From an uncultured Gudongella sp. (GTDB taxonomy: Bacteria; Bacillota; Clostridia; Tissierellales; Tissierellaceae), in NCBI GenBank assembly GCA_964533235.1, contig CAZHLQ010000394.1, positions 1 to 46,698 of the forward strand: DNA of 46,698 nt, read 5' to 3'. The position numbers and the translations under genes were made by a program. This document shows positions 1 through 9,201 of the stretch, one piece after another (positions within the stretch are counted from its first letter, which is position 1; each line of letters begins with the position of its first letter). The notes under the pieces are model-generated. The model saw only the letters and a list, made by a program, of their open reading frames with translations. It ran no database searches and was not told where the DNA came from.

Positions 1-13
1 GGTCTGTACACCA

Positions 14-42
14 TAGAAATTTAACTGAATTATTGCTATACT
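14..42 (+). promoter_or_regulatory. sigmaA-type promoter with extended -10 and weak -35 for the transporter/amidohydrolase module
   Basis: TAGAAA(14-19)-17 nt-TATACT(37-42), with TG at 34-35. Confidence 0.55.
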
Positions 43-72
43 TTAATGAAATACAATAAAGGGAGGTATATT

Positions 73-1257
73 ATGAGTTTATTGATGGCTTTTTCAATCG
101 TACTTATCGTACTTTCGCTGGGAGATATTGCATCAGCAAAGACGAAAGCATTCGTACCATCAGTCTTCGTATCGGCATTATTGTTCCTTTTCGGATTTTG
201 GACTTTCTTTCCACCGGACATAGTCGCTCTTGCAGGCTTCCAAATGCCTGTAGTAACGCTGTCCATGTACCTGTTGATCACTCACATGGGTACAATGCTT
301 TCAGTTAGAGAGCTTGCAGCACAGTGGAGGACGATAGCAATTGCCCTGATAGGTATAGTAGGTATCGTTGCCTTGACTATGACTGTAGGTGCAGCAATCT
401 TTGGATTTGAGACAGCATTAGTTGCAACGCCTCCTTTGACTGGTGGTATAGTTGCAGCAATAGTAATGAGTGATGCAGCTACTGCAGCTGGAAGGGATTC
501 ACTTGCTATACTCGCAATCATAACCTATGTAATGCAAGGCTTCGTAGGCTATCCTTTGACGGCTATAATGCTGAAGAAGGAAGGAACAAGACTTGTAAAC
601 GGCTTCAGAAGCGGAGAAATGAAGCATGTAAAGGATGAATCTAAGGCAGTGGATGCTCCTGCTAAGAAGAAGCTTTTACCGGCTCTTCCAAAGGATTATC
701 AAACGACCTATATTTTACTGGCGAGACTTGGATTGGCGGCATGGGCAGCAGTTGCATTTGCAGGCTTCATTAAACCATTCATAGATATTTCTCCATTCGT
801 TATGTGCTTATTCTTTGGAGTAATTGCACAGGAAATTGGATTTGTAGAGCAAAGACCACTTAACCTATCAGGATCATTCGGATTCCTGATAACAGTTTTG
901 ATGGCTTACGTATTTGCAGGACTTTCAAGAGCAACGCCTGCAATGCTTATGGAAATAGTAGTACCATTGGGTGGAATAATTATACTTGGAGTTACTGGTA
1001 TGGCTATATTATCGATGGTCCTTGGCAAAAAGCTTGGCTATACTAAGGAGATGTCCTTCGCAGTTGCACTTACAGCGCTGTACGGCTTCCCTCCAAACTA
1101 TATCCTTACTGAAGAGGCTTCCAAGGCTATCGGTAAGACTCAGGAGGAGAGAGACTTCCTGATGGATACCATGCTTCCAAAGATGCTCGTAGGAGGATTT
1201 ACAACTGTAACAATAGTATCCGTTATCATCGCAGGAATATTTGTAAACTACATGTAG
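73..1257 (+). CDS. Polytopic membrane protein, putative amino acid/peptide-derivative transporter
   Basis: About 10-11 hydrophobic segments in two halves separated by a charged loop. ATG at 73 follows GGGAGG (61-66), so it is preferred over ORF start 46. Clustered with M20 hydrolases. Confidence 0.7.
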   Translation: MSLLMAFSIVLIVLSLGDIASAKTKAFVPSVFVSALLFLFGFWTFFPPDIVALAGFQMPVVTLSMYLLITHMGTMLSVRELAAQWRTIAIALIGIVGIVALTMTVGAAIFGFETALVATPPLTGGIVAAIVMSDAATAAGRDSLAILAIITYVMQGFVGYPLTAIMLKKEGTRLVNGFRSGEMKHVKDESKAVDAPAKKKLLPALPKDYQTTYILLARLGLAAWAAVAFAGFIKPFIDISPFVMCLFFGVIAQEIGFVEQRPLNLSGSFGFLITVLMAYVFAGLSRATPAMLMEIVVPLGGIIILGVTGMAILSMVLGKKLGYTKEMSFAVALTALYGFPPNYILTEEASKAIGKTQEERDFLMDTMLPKMLVGGFTTVTIVSVIIAGIFVNYM

Positions 1258-1258
1258 T

Positions 1259-1285
1259 AAAAAGCGCCTTCGAAGGACGCTTTTT
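1259..1285 (+). terminator. Intra-cluster hairpin with U tract (possible partial terminator)
   Basis: AAAAAGCG-CCTT-CG-AAGG-A-CGCTTTTT. Confidence 0.55.
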
Positions 1286-1300
1286 CATAGGAGGTAATTT

Positions 1301-1717
1301 ATGCACAGGATTAAGTGTAGTTGGGATGGAAACATGAAGTTTACTGCAACTGATGAATTCAATCACCATGTTTCGATGGATCTGTCCAAGGAAGCAGGTG
1401 GTGATGACGAGGGCTTCAGGCCGATGCCCATGATCTTGGTGGGTTTAGGAGGGTGCATGGGCGTCGATGTCAAGATAATTCTCGAGAGGATGAAGCTGAA
1501 GATCGATTCCATGGATCTGGATATAATAGGTGAATTGGATGAGTCTACCACTCCAAGAACATACAAAAAAATCAGTATTGTATTTAACATAAGTGGTCAA
1601 GGCTTGGATCAGGATAAGGTTGAAAGGGCAATATCTCTCTCAGAGGAGAAATACTGCAATGTCAGCGCTATGCTGTCAAGGATATGTGAGCTAGAGTATA
1701 AAGCAGTTATTATATAG
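1301..1717 (+). CDS. OsmC/YhfA-family protein
   Basis: GGxDxGxRP motif, conserved Cys pair (LGGCMG, EKYCNVS); RBS AGGAGGT. Confidence 0.85.
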   Translation: MHRIKCSWDGNMKFTATDEFNHHVSMDLSKEAGGDDEGFRPMPMILVGLGGCMGVDVKIILERMKLKIDSMDLDIIGELDESTTPRTYKKISIVFNISGQGLDQDKVERAISLSEEKYCNVSAMLSRICELEYKAVII

Positions 1718-1727
1718 GAGGGATGCA

Positions 1728-2963
1728 ATGAAAACAAAGCTTGAAAGGATCGAAAGAGATATTGTTGAGCTTTCAAAGTTCAACAGTAGTAAGGACGGAG
1801 GTTTGACCAGATTCTCCCTGACAGAGGAAGACAGGGCGGCAAGAAATTACCTGAGGAGTGAACTTGAAAAGCTTGATGTAAGCTTATACGAGGATCAGGC
1901 TGCAACTCTTTTTGCCAGAAGAGAGGGTACAGATCCTGATGCACCAGCGATCATGATCGGTTCACACTTTGATTCCGTAAGGAATGGCGGGAACTTTGAC
2001 GGTCCTGCAGGTGTCGTAATGGCACTGGAAATAATGAGAGCTCTTGATGAAAACAACGTCAGAACCAAATACCCTATAGAATTTGTCGCGATGATAGAGG
2101 AAGAGGGTGGAAGATTTGGCTCAGGAGTATTCGGAAGCCGTGCAATGGCAGGCCTTGTAACCTACGAGCAGCTTCTTGCCAATAAGGACAGCGAAGGTGT
2201 TTCTATGGCTGAGGCACTTGAAAAATTCGGATTTGATCCAAAGAGGATAGGCGAGGCAAAGCGTGATCCCCAAAAAGTAAAGGCATTCATTGAGCTTCAC
2301 ATCGAGCAAGGTCCAATCCTGGAAAAGAATGGCAAGGATATTGGAATAGTAGAGTTTATTGTTGGAATAAACGAGTTTAAGGTAATCCTGTCAGGCAGAC
2401 CTGACCATGCAGGAACAACACCGATGGATATGAGAGCCGATGCACTTAGCGTTGCAGCGAAGGTGATATCAAAGATCGATGGCTACCCTGCAGCTGAAAA
2501 TAACGGGACTGTAGCGACTGTTGGCGTACTTGAGGTAAAGCCAGGTGCTGCTAACATAGTGCCGGCACAGGTAGTTTTTACGGTTGATATCAGATCGAAA
2601 GACGAGGAAAGCATAAAGCGAGTTCGTGATAAGATAATAAGTGATCTTGAGCAGCAAACTGGAAGCTCTGAGGTTTCCTACCAAGCTGTAGATATGCTGA
2701 ACGTTAAGCCTGTAAGGATGAACCAGGAAGTAATAGGCATGTTTGAGGAATCTGCAGACAAGCTTGGACTATCCTATCAGATGATGCTTAGCGGGGCAGG
2801 GCATGATGCGATGGTAATGGCTGCAGTATGTGAGGTAGGGCTTATATTCGTACCAAGTAAGGACGGCAGAAGCCATTGCAAGGAAGAGTGGACAGACTTT
2901 GACAAGCTTCAAAATGGAATAGAATTGATCTACGATACTATTGTAAAATTAGGGGAGGCATAA
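1728..2963 (+). CDS. M20 Zn-dependent hydrolase, allantoate amidohydrolase / N-carbamoyl-L-amino acid hydrolase family
   Basis: GSHFDSV, FDGPAGV, EEEGGRF, ELHIEQG, HAGTTPM, SGAGHDA motifs. Confidence 0.9.
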   Translation: MKTKLERIERDIVELSKFNSSKDGGLTRFSLTEEDRAARNYLRSELEKLDVSLYEDQAATLFARREGTDPDAPAIMIGSHFDSVRNGGNFDGPAGVVMALEIMRALDENNVRTKYPIEFVAMIEEEGGRFGSGVFGSRAMAGLVTYEQLLANKDSEGVSMAEALEKFGFDPKRIGEAKRDPQKVKAFIELHIEQGPILEKNGKDIGIVEFIVGINEFKVILSGRPDHAGTTPMDMRADALSVAAKVISKIDGYPAAENNGTVATVGVLEVKPGAANIVPAQVVFTVDIRSKDEESIKRVRDKIISDLEQQTGSSEVSYQAVDMLNVKPVRMNQEVIGMFEESADKLGLSYQMMLSGAGHDAMVMAAVCEVGLIFVPSKDGRSHCKEEWTDFDKLQNGIELIYDTIVKLGEA

Positions 2964-2964
2964 A

Positions 2965-4128
2965 ATGGATATCAAAGAATTAATGAAGAAGCACCAAGAG
3001 TATTCAGTAGGAATGAGAAGGCATTTTCACGAAAATCCCGAGCCAAGCATGAAGGAATTCAACACTCAAAAGAGAGTTATGGAGGAGCTTCAGGCTATGG
3101 GTATAGAGCATTACCCTAGTGGTGGAACCGGAGTAGTTGGAATTATAAAGGGCAAAGGTCCTGGAAAAACAATCGCTCTAAGAGCTGATATGGATGCTTT
3201 GGAGGTTCAGGAAGAAAACCCTGTTTCCTACAAGTCCAAGATAGATGGCATGATGCATGCCTGTGGTCATGACGGACATACTGCAAGCCTTTTGACAGCG
3301 GCTAAAATGCTGAATGAAATCAAGGATGAGTTCAACGGAACAGTCAAGCTGCTTTTCCAGCCAGGTGAGGAAGTTGCCCAGGGAGCTCTTGCCATGATAA
3401 AGGATGGAGCAATGGAGGGAGTAGACGGTATTTTTGGCATCCATATATGGAACGACGTCAACACAGGCTTGATATCCTGTGAGGCGGGTCCAAGAATGGC
3501 ATCTGCAGGAATGTTCAAGGTCTATATCACAGGAAAGGGCGGCCATGGTGCTATGCCTCACCAGACAGTAGATGCTTCAGTTGTTGCTTCTGCAATCGTA
3601 ATGAACCTGCAGACTATAGTAAATAGAGAGATAAACCCATCAGATCCTGCAGTTGTAACTGTTGGAATGATAAGGAGCGGCTCCAGATGGAATGTAATTT
3701 CCGGAGAAGCTTACATGGAAGGAACCACGAGATGCTACAGCATGGACGTAAACAACGCATTTGAGGGTCAAATAAGAAGAATTGTTGAAATGACTGCTCA
3801 AGCTTATAGGGCAGAGGCAAGACTTGAGTATACTCAAATGACTATTCCAACAATAAATGATCCAATGATGTCAGCTATCGCAGCTGAGTCATCGAAAAAG
3901 TTAGTTGGAGAAGAGGGTGTCATAACGTTTGAGAAGACCTCAGGCGGAGAAGATTTCGCGTTCTTCTCAGAATATGCTCCATCAGCCTTTGCGTTTGTAG
4001 GCTCCAAAAATACTGGCAAGCTTGACAACTACCCACATCACCATCCAAAATTCGATATAGATGAGGATGCACTGGGTGTATCTGCTGGACTATACACACA
4101 ATTTGCTCTTGACTTCTTAAGCAAGTAA
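2965..4128 (+). CDS. M20D amidohydrolase (N-acyl-L-amino acid amidohydrolase/carboxypeptidase family)
   Basis: RADMDAL, MHACGHDGH, FQPGEE, GGHGAMPH, GEDF, HHPKFD motifs. Confidence 0.9.
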   Translation: MDIKELMKKHQEYSVGMRRHFHENPEPSMKEFNTQKRVMEELQAMGIEHYPSGGTGVVGIIKGKGPGKTIALRADMDALEVQEENPVSYKSKIDGMMHACGHDGHTASLLTAAKMLNEIKDEFNGTVKLLFQPGEEVAQGALAMIKDGAMEGVDGIFGIHIWNDVNTGLISCEAGPRMASAGMFKVYITGKGGHGAMPHQTVDASVVASAIVMNLQTIVNREINPSDPAVVTVGMIRSGSRWNVISGEAYMEGTTRCYSMDVNNAFEGQIRRIVEMTAQAYRAEARLEYTQMTIPTINDPMMSAIAAESSKKLVGEEGVITFEKTSGGEDFAFFSEYAPSAFAFVGSKNTGKLDNYPHHHPKFDIDEDALGVSAGLYTQFALDFLSK

Positions 4129-4175
4129 AAATTGCCCTGTCTCCTGAAAAATCAGGAGTCAGGGCATATTTTTTT
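4127..4175. terminator. Bidirectional intrinsic terminator between convergent genes
   Basis: TGCCCTGtCTCCTGA-AAAA-TCAGGAGtCAGGGCA (4133-4166), flanked by A and T tracts, overlapping the regulator stop codon. Confidence 0.8.
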
Positions 4176-6002
4176 CTCTAGCTCAGGATATAAAGAAATT
4201 ATTTCAAATGCAAGCTGCAGCTTTAGCCTTTTTTCGTAGTCGTCCAGGTCAAGTCCCAGGATATCCTTGACTCTTGATAATCTGTAGGTCAAAGTATTTC
4301 CGTGGATGTGAAGGATATCCTTGGTACTGCTCCAATTTCCACAGCTTTTGATATATACCTTCAGTGTTTGAAACAGCTCATAACGGGAAGAACCCGGATA
4401 TTGAGTCAAGGGAGAGAATACCTTGGCTGCAAATTCCTCCAGCTCCCTTTGGTCTGCCTTTAAAAGGAACCTTTTTACTTCGAAATCCTCATAAAAAACG
4501 CAATTATCCTTGAGAGTCTCTGAGGGTGCCAGATCAAAAAGCCTGTAGGAGTAGTCATAGGTGGTGCGAAGCTGCTTCCAATCGTCTATTCTTTCGCTGA
4601 CAACCATAGAAAGCGAGGGGCAATATCTTTGAGAATATCCAAAGTCATTGAAAAATGCTGCTACCTCCTGATGAAATGACAATATATCACTTCGGGAGGG
4701 GTTCTTGGTATCATCCAGAAGTATTATGATCATATTACCCTTCAATATCGAAAGACTATTTTTGAACCTCTGAAGTGCCAATCCATTGACTTCCTCATAC
4801 AGATGCTTGACCAGCTTGTAATTTGAAACCTGTATCGTAGGAAGCTCAAGTCTTATCAAAAGGAGCCTGTGTGGTCTTTCCAGATCAATTTTGTATCTTT
4901 TCGAGAATGCATCTATGGAATCCAAGCCGCCTGAATTCATAAGGTTATCGAAAAAATCACCCTTTATTGATTGCTCCAGGTTGAACATTTCGTTTTGCTT
5001 GATCATATCCAGTGCGACTACATTGGTGCATTTTTCTATTGCTATCTTGTCAAGCTCCTTGATTTCTTCTGATTTGAGAATAACACCGACCCATCCCATC
5101 AGCTCATTTGCTGGAGTTATTGGATAAAGGAGCACCCATGTACCCAAATCATGAGAAAAATGTATACTTTCACCATTCTCAACCATATGATCCAATAAAC
5201 TTGATTTTTTCTGGCTAAGCTCCTCTCTCGTAACAAGGAAGCTGCCGTAGAAGCTTGTAATAGTATAAAAGGAGTCAATGACGAAAACGTCACACTGAAG
5301 AAGCATCGATACCTCACGCACGATATCGTCGATAGTACTCTTCTTGAGTATCATCTCGGTAAATCTGTTATGGAGATAGGTTGAGTACTGATACCTGTTT
5401 TTTTCTATCTCCAGCATATCGCTGTAGCTTTTAAGCTCTCTCTGATTTTTAAGCTCCTTGTCGTGGATCTCAGCATTTTTTATAGCAATAGTCGCCTGAA
5501 CGGATATCAGCTCTGCAAGGTATACGTCGTCCTCGGTCAAGGGATCCTTTCCCACATAATTGTCGAGAACAAACACCCCAACACATTCATCCTCATGGAT
5601 CAGAGGGCAGCTTATTGAGCTTTGAAGATCATTCATAGGTTTGATGATCTTTTCGTCCAGCATTTTTCTGTTGTCTGGCTCCATAAAGTCCATAAGCTCC
5701 ATCATTTCGTGATTGCTCTTTAGATGGAGCGTCTCTTTTTTTATAAAAGTAATACCTGTGATCGATTCTCCCGGCTTTAAGGAGATCGACATATCGTTGA
5801 AGCCGAAGGAGCATTTCGATTTCAGCAAACCGCTTTCTTTGTCATATAGAAAGATGATTCCAATATCTGCTCGGTCTATTAGCTTCAAAGTCGCCTTCAT
5901 TAGCTCTTGAAGTATGAAATCAATGTCCTTCGAGGCGTTTAGAAGCTTTGTTGCCTCCAGAATGTTTTGAAGCTCCTGGATCCTTTTTTCGGAATTCTTC
6001 AA
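4152..6002 (-). CDS. GAF-domain PucR/CdaR-family transcriptional regulator
   Basis: N-terminal GAF (SISCPLI..VGVFVLDN..LAELISVQATIAIKNA), C-terminal PucR-type HTH (LHIHGNTLTYRLSRV..LGLDL); TTG start with GGAGGGG RBS. Confidence 0.85.
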   Translation of the reverse strand: MKNSEKRIQELQNILEATKLLNASKDIDFILQELMKATLKLIDRADIGIIFLYDKESGLLKSKCSFGFNDMSISLKPGESITGITFIKKETLHLKSNHEMMELMDFMEPDNRKMLDEKIIKPMNDLQSSISCPLIHEDECVGVFVLDNYVGKDPLTEDDVYLAELISVQATIAIKNAEIHDKELKNQRELKSYSDMLEIEKNRYQYSTYLHNRFTEMILKKSTIDDIVREVSMLLQCDVFVIDSFYTITSFYGSFLVTREELSQKKSSLLDHMVENGESIHFSHDLGTWVLLYPITPANELMGWVGVILKSEEIKELDKIAIEKCTNVVALDMIKQNEMFNLEQSIKGDFFDNLMNSGGLDSIDAFSKRYKIDLERPHRLLLIRLELPTIQVSNYKLVKHLYEEVNGLALQRFKNSLSILKGNMIIILLDDTKNPSRSDILSFHQEVAAFFNDFGYSQRYCPSLSMVVSERIDDWKQLRTTYDYSYRLFDLAPSETLKDNCVFYEDFEVKRFLLKADQRELEEFAAKVFSPLTQYPGSSRYELFQTLKVYIKSCGNWSSTKDILHIHGNTLTYRLSRVKDILGLDLDDYEKRLKLQLAFEIISLYPELEKKICPDS

Positions 6003-6017
6003 TGGATCCCCTCCAAA

Positions 6018-7241
6018 TCAGATTTTTACCTGGTGATAAACCTTCTTGCCTTTTCTTATCAATATCCTTCCATCCTTGAAATCATCCAGGGTAACCAGCT
6101 TTTCTATTGCATCTACCTTTTCCCCGTCTATGGTAACTCCACCCTGCTCAACAAGTCTTCTGCCTTCGCTATTGGTCTTGATCAGTCCAAGCTCTCTCAT
6201 AAGGTCAAGTATCCCGATCCCCTCTTCAAACAGCTTGGGATCCATGTCTGTAGTTGGGATAGACTCTGAGTCGGCTGAACCTGCAAATAATGATTTTGAT
6301 GCCTCAAGTGCCTTATCGGCCTCCTCCTTGCCGTGTACCATCTGAGTGACCTCGTAAGCAAGGACCTCCTTAGCCATATTGATCTCTGAATCCTTAAGTG
6401 CGCCAAGTCTTCTGACCTCCTCCATAGGAAGGAAGGTAAGCAGTGCAAGGAATTTCTCAACGTCTCTGTCGTCAACATTTCTCAGGTACTGGAATAACTC
6501 ATATGGAGTAGTCTTTTCCTTGTCAAGCCATATTGTGCCCTTTTCAGTTTTGCCCATCTTAGTCCCTGCAGCTGTTGTCAAAAGCTTAAAGGTCATTCCG
6601 AAAGCCTTGTCCTGCTCAAGCTTTCTGACAAGCTCATATCCTCCTATTATATTTGACCACTGGTCACTGCCGCCAAGCTGAAGCTTGCAGTTATGATGCC
6701 TGTAAAGATAAAGGAAATCGTAGCTTTGCATCAGCATATAGCCAAACTCAAAGAACGTGAGGCCTTGCTCAAGTCTGTTCTTGTAGCAGTCAAATGTCAG
6801 CATTCTGTTTACTGAGAAATGAACGCCGATCTCACGCATGAAGTTAACGAAGTTCAGGTCCATCAACCAATCGGCGTTATTGACCATGATCGCCCTGTCG
6901 TCGTCGAAGTCCAGGAATCTCTTGAACTGAGCCTTGAAGCACTCAGCATTGTGATCTATTATCTCCCTGGTCAAGACCCTTCTCATGTCTGATTTACCCG
7001 AAGGATCACCAATCATAGTAGTACCGCCTCCAAGGAGAGCAATAGGCTTATGACCGGCTCTCTGCATATGCATCATGACCATTATCTGTAAAAAATGGCC
7101 AAGGGTGAGACTGTCTGCAGTTGCATCAAAGCCGATGTAAAATGCAACTGATTCCTTCTCGAGAAGCTCCCTTAAGTCCTCCTCGTGTGTTACCTGATCG
7201 ATGTAACCTCTCTCATTTAATACGTCAAAAACATTTGCCAT
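6018..7241 (-). CDS. tyrS: Tyrosine--tRNA ligase
   Basis: YIGFDATADSLTLGH (HIGH-like), QSYDF, GGSDQWSNI, KMGKT, C-terminal S4 domain; Tyr T-box upstream. Confidence 0.96.
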   Translation of the reverse strand: MANVFDVLNERGYIDQVTHEEDLRELLEKESVAFYIGFDATADSLTLGHFLQIMVMMHMQRAGHKPIALLGGGTTMIGDPSGKSDMRRVLTREIIDHNAECFKAQFKRFLDFDDDRAIMVNNADWLMDLNFVNFMREIGVHFSVNRMLTFDCYKNRLEQGLTFFEFGYMLMQSYDFLYLYRHHNCKLQLGGSDQWSNIIGGYELVRKLEQDKAFGMTFKLLTTAAGTKMGKTEKGTIWLDKEKTTPYELFQYLRNVDDRDVEKFLALLTFLPMEEVRRLGALKDSEINMAKEVLAYEVTQMVHGKEEADKALEASKSLFAGSADSESIPTTDMDPKLFEEGIGILDLMRELGLIKTNSEGRRLVEQGGVTIDGEKVDAIEKLVTLDDFKDGRILIRKGKKVYHQVKI

Positions 7242-7254
7242 AGAAAAACCTCCT

Positions 7255-7462
7255 GAAAAAAAATAAGGGCCTTCTTATCCATAAGGACGAGAAAACCCGT
7301 GGTACCACCTTAATTCGCAAAAAAGCCTCACGTCACGTAAGGTGTGACCTTCCCTAAAAACTCAGGATCGTAATTCAGTGTCGTGCTCTGCTGATTTTCC
7401 ACCATCCTCAGCTCTCTTTGAAAACATATCCGACTACCTACTTGCTCCGTCATCGTCAATAT
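7255..7462 (-). ncRNA. T-box riboswitch (Tyr specifier) with terminator/antiterminator
   Basis: Minus strand: AGUA, AG box AGAGAGCUGA, GGUGGAA loop, GAAU-UAC specifier (7372-7370), T-box AAUUAAGGUGGUACCACGGG (7315-7296), then terminator hairpin ending GCCC-UUAUUUUUUUU. Confidence 0.93.
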
Positions 7463-7474
7463 AAAGTTAACCTC

Positions 7475-7503
7475 ATATTAATACAAGCAGATAGCATTGT
7501 CAA
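7475..7503 (-). promoter_or_regulatory. sigmaA promoter of the tyrS leader
   Basis: TTGACA(7503-7498)-17 nt-TAATAT(7480-7475). Confidence 0.8.
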
Positions 7504-7522
7504 GAAGCTAATGTCCCAATGA

Positions 7523-7897
7523 TCACTCAGTTACTGCTATTGCGGCTGAATTCTCCCACAGGCCGTGGATATTACAATAGCTTGATGCGATAATAGAGCC
7601 GGAAGCTGGAACCTTGAATCTTACTACTCCATAAGGACTTGTGAGAATTTCAGACTCGCCATGAGCAGCGAAGGTGAGAGTAGCAATCTCGATCGGGAAC
7701 TTACCCTCGTCAGCCTTAAAGTATACCTTGATCCAGGCTATGTAGTGCTCAAATGTATTTGGATGAGGTATCTCCTCGCCAACCAGAACCTTTACCTCTA
7801 TCTCTTCTCCCTTTTTAGCTGCCTCAGGTGCATGTATGACTGGAACGTGCTTTTCTCCCTTCCAATCTCCACTTTGATACATTGTACTTAATTTCAT
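7523..7897 (-). CDS. Superoxide reductase (neelaredoxin-type, class II SORL domain)
   Basis: EKHVP, HPNTFEHYI and CNIHG iron-ligand motifs; no desulforedoxin domain. Confidence 0.92.
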   Translation of the reverse strand: MKLSTMYQSGDWKGEKHVPVIHAPEAAKKGEEIEVKVLVGEEIPHPNTFEHYIAWIKVYFKADEGKFPIEIATLTFAAHGESEILTSPYGVVRFKVPASGSIIASSYCNIHGLWENSAAIAVTE

Positions 7898-7928
7898 ATT
7901 TCATTCCTCCTTGATCATTTTGTAACTA

Positions 7929-7954
7929 TATACCCCTTGGAGACTCAGTTATCA
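7929..7954 (-). promoter_or_regulatory. Candidate sigmaB-like promoter of the superoxide reductase gene
   Basis: Minus strand TGATA-14 nt-GGGTATA, about 30 nt upstream of ATG. Confidence 0.45.
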
Positions 7955-8057
7955 CAAATAATTGGCGATATACTAGATTACTGGAACCTCTTTCTTTGTC
8001 GGACTGATTAGAAACACTAAAACTTGAGTATATTTAGGAGAGAGAGGAGCGTTGCTT

Positions 8058-9188
8058 ATGAGAGATATAGACTTAATTGCCACCACTACCTTTGGGCTGG
8101 AGGCTGTTGCAAAAAGAGAGCTTGAGGCACTGGGTTTTGAGGATATGAAGGTTGAAAACGGAAGGATAGATTTTAAAGGCAGCATCGAGGATATAGTTAG
8201 AACTAACCTGTGGCTTAGAACTGTGGACAGGGTCCTTATCAAGCTGGCTGAATTCAAGGCTATGAGCTTTGAAGAGCTCTTTCAGGGTACTAAGGCTGTC
8301 AACTGGGCAGGATGGATACCAGAGAACGGTGCCTTTATTGTAGAGGGAAAGAGTCTGAATTCAAAGCTTTACAGTATCTCTGACAGCCAGAGTATAGTAG
8401 AGAAGGCTATCGTAGAAAAGCTTAAGGAAACATACCCCATAGATTGGTTCTCTAAGTCTGGAGAAAGGTATAGGATAGAGGTATCTATCCTAAAGGATAT
8501 TGCGACCATAACCCTGGACACCTCAGGCGATGGACTGCATAAGAGAGGCTACAGGGACAGAGCTGGCGATGCTCCAATCAAGGAGACCTTGGCAGCTGCA
8601 ATGATAATGCTCAGCTACTGGAACAAGGACAGGGTCCTGCTTGATCCATTCTGTGGCTCTGGTACTATACTGATAGAGGCAGCTATGATAGGCAGAAACA
8701 TGGCTCCAGGTCTTGACAGGACCTTTGACGCAGAGAAATGGGAAAAGATACCTGCGGAAGTGTGGAGTAACGAGAGAGTCAAGGCAAGAGGTGCCATAGA
8801 TTTCAGCTCACAGCTGAAGCTTTTAGGCAGCGATACAGATAAGAGATCGATTCTGAGAGCCAGGGACAACGCAGCAAATCTTGGTCTTGAGGATGATATA
8901 GCATTTTTCATGAAGGACATGAGAGATGTTGATCTAAATGAAGATTATGGGGTAGTGATCACTAATCCGCCATATGGCGAAAGAATGGGGGAAAAGGAGG
9001 AGGTAAGGAAGCTTTATACTGATTTTGGGAGCAAATTCAGGCCTCTGGAAACCTGGTCAGTGTACGTGATCACCTCAAACGAGGAATTTGAAAGCCTTTA
9101 CGGTAAGAAGGCAGATAGGAAAAGGAAGCTATATAATGGCCGGATAAAGGTTGATTACTATCAATTCTATGGGCCGAGACCAAAATAG
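8058..9188 (+). CDS. THUMP-domain class I SAM-dependent RNA methyltransferase (YpsC/RlmL-like)
   Basis: DTSGDGLHKRGYR, APIKETLAA, DPFCGSGT, TNPPYG; ATG 8058 after GAGGAG. Confidence 0.9.
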   Translation: MRDIDLIATTTFGLEAVAKRELEALGFEDMKVENGRIDFKGSIEDIVRTNLWLRTVDRVLIKLAEFKAMSFEELFQGTKAVNWAGWIPENGAFIVEGKSLNSKLYSISDSQSIVEKAIVEKLKETYPIDWFSKSGERYRIEVSILKDIATITLDTSGDGLHKRGYRDRAGDAPIKETLAAAMIMLSYWNKDRVLLDPFCGSGTILIEAAMIGRNMAPGLDRTFDAEKWEKIPAEVWSNERVKARGAIDFSSQLKLLGSDTDKRSILRARDNAANLGLEDDIAFFMKDMRDVDLNEDYGVVITNPPYGERMGEKEEVRKLYTDFGSKFRPLETWSVYVITSNEEFESLYGKKADRKRKLYNGRIKVDYYQFYGPRPK

Positions 9189-9201
9189 GAGGAATAGAGA
9201 T

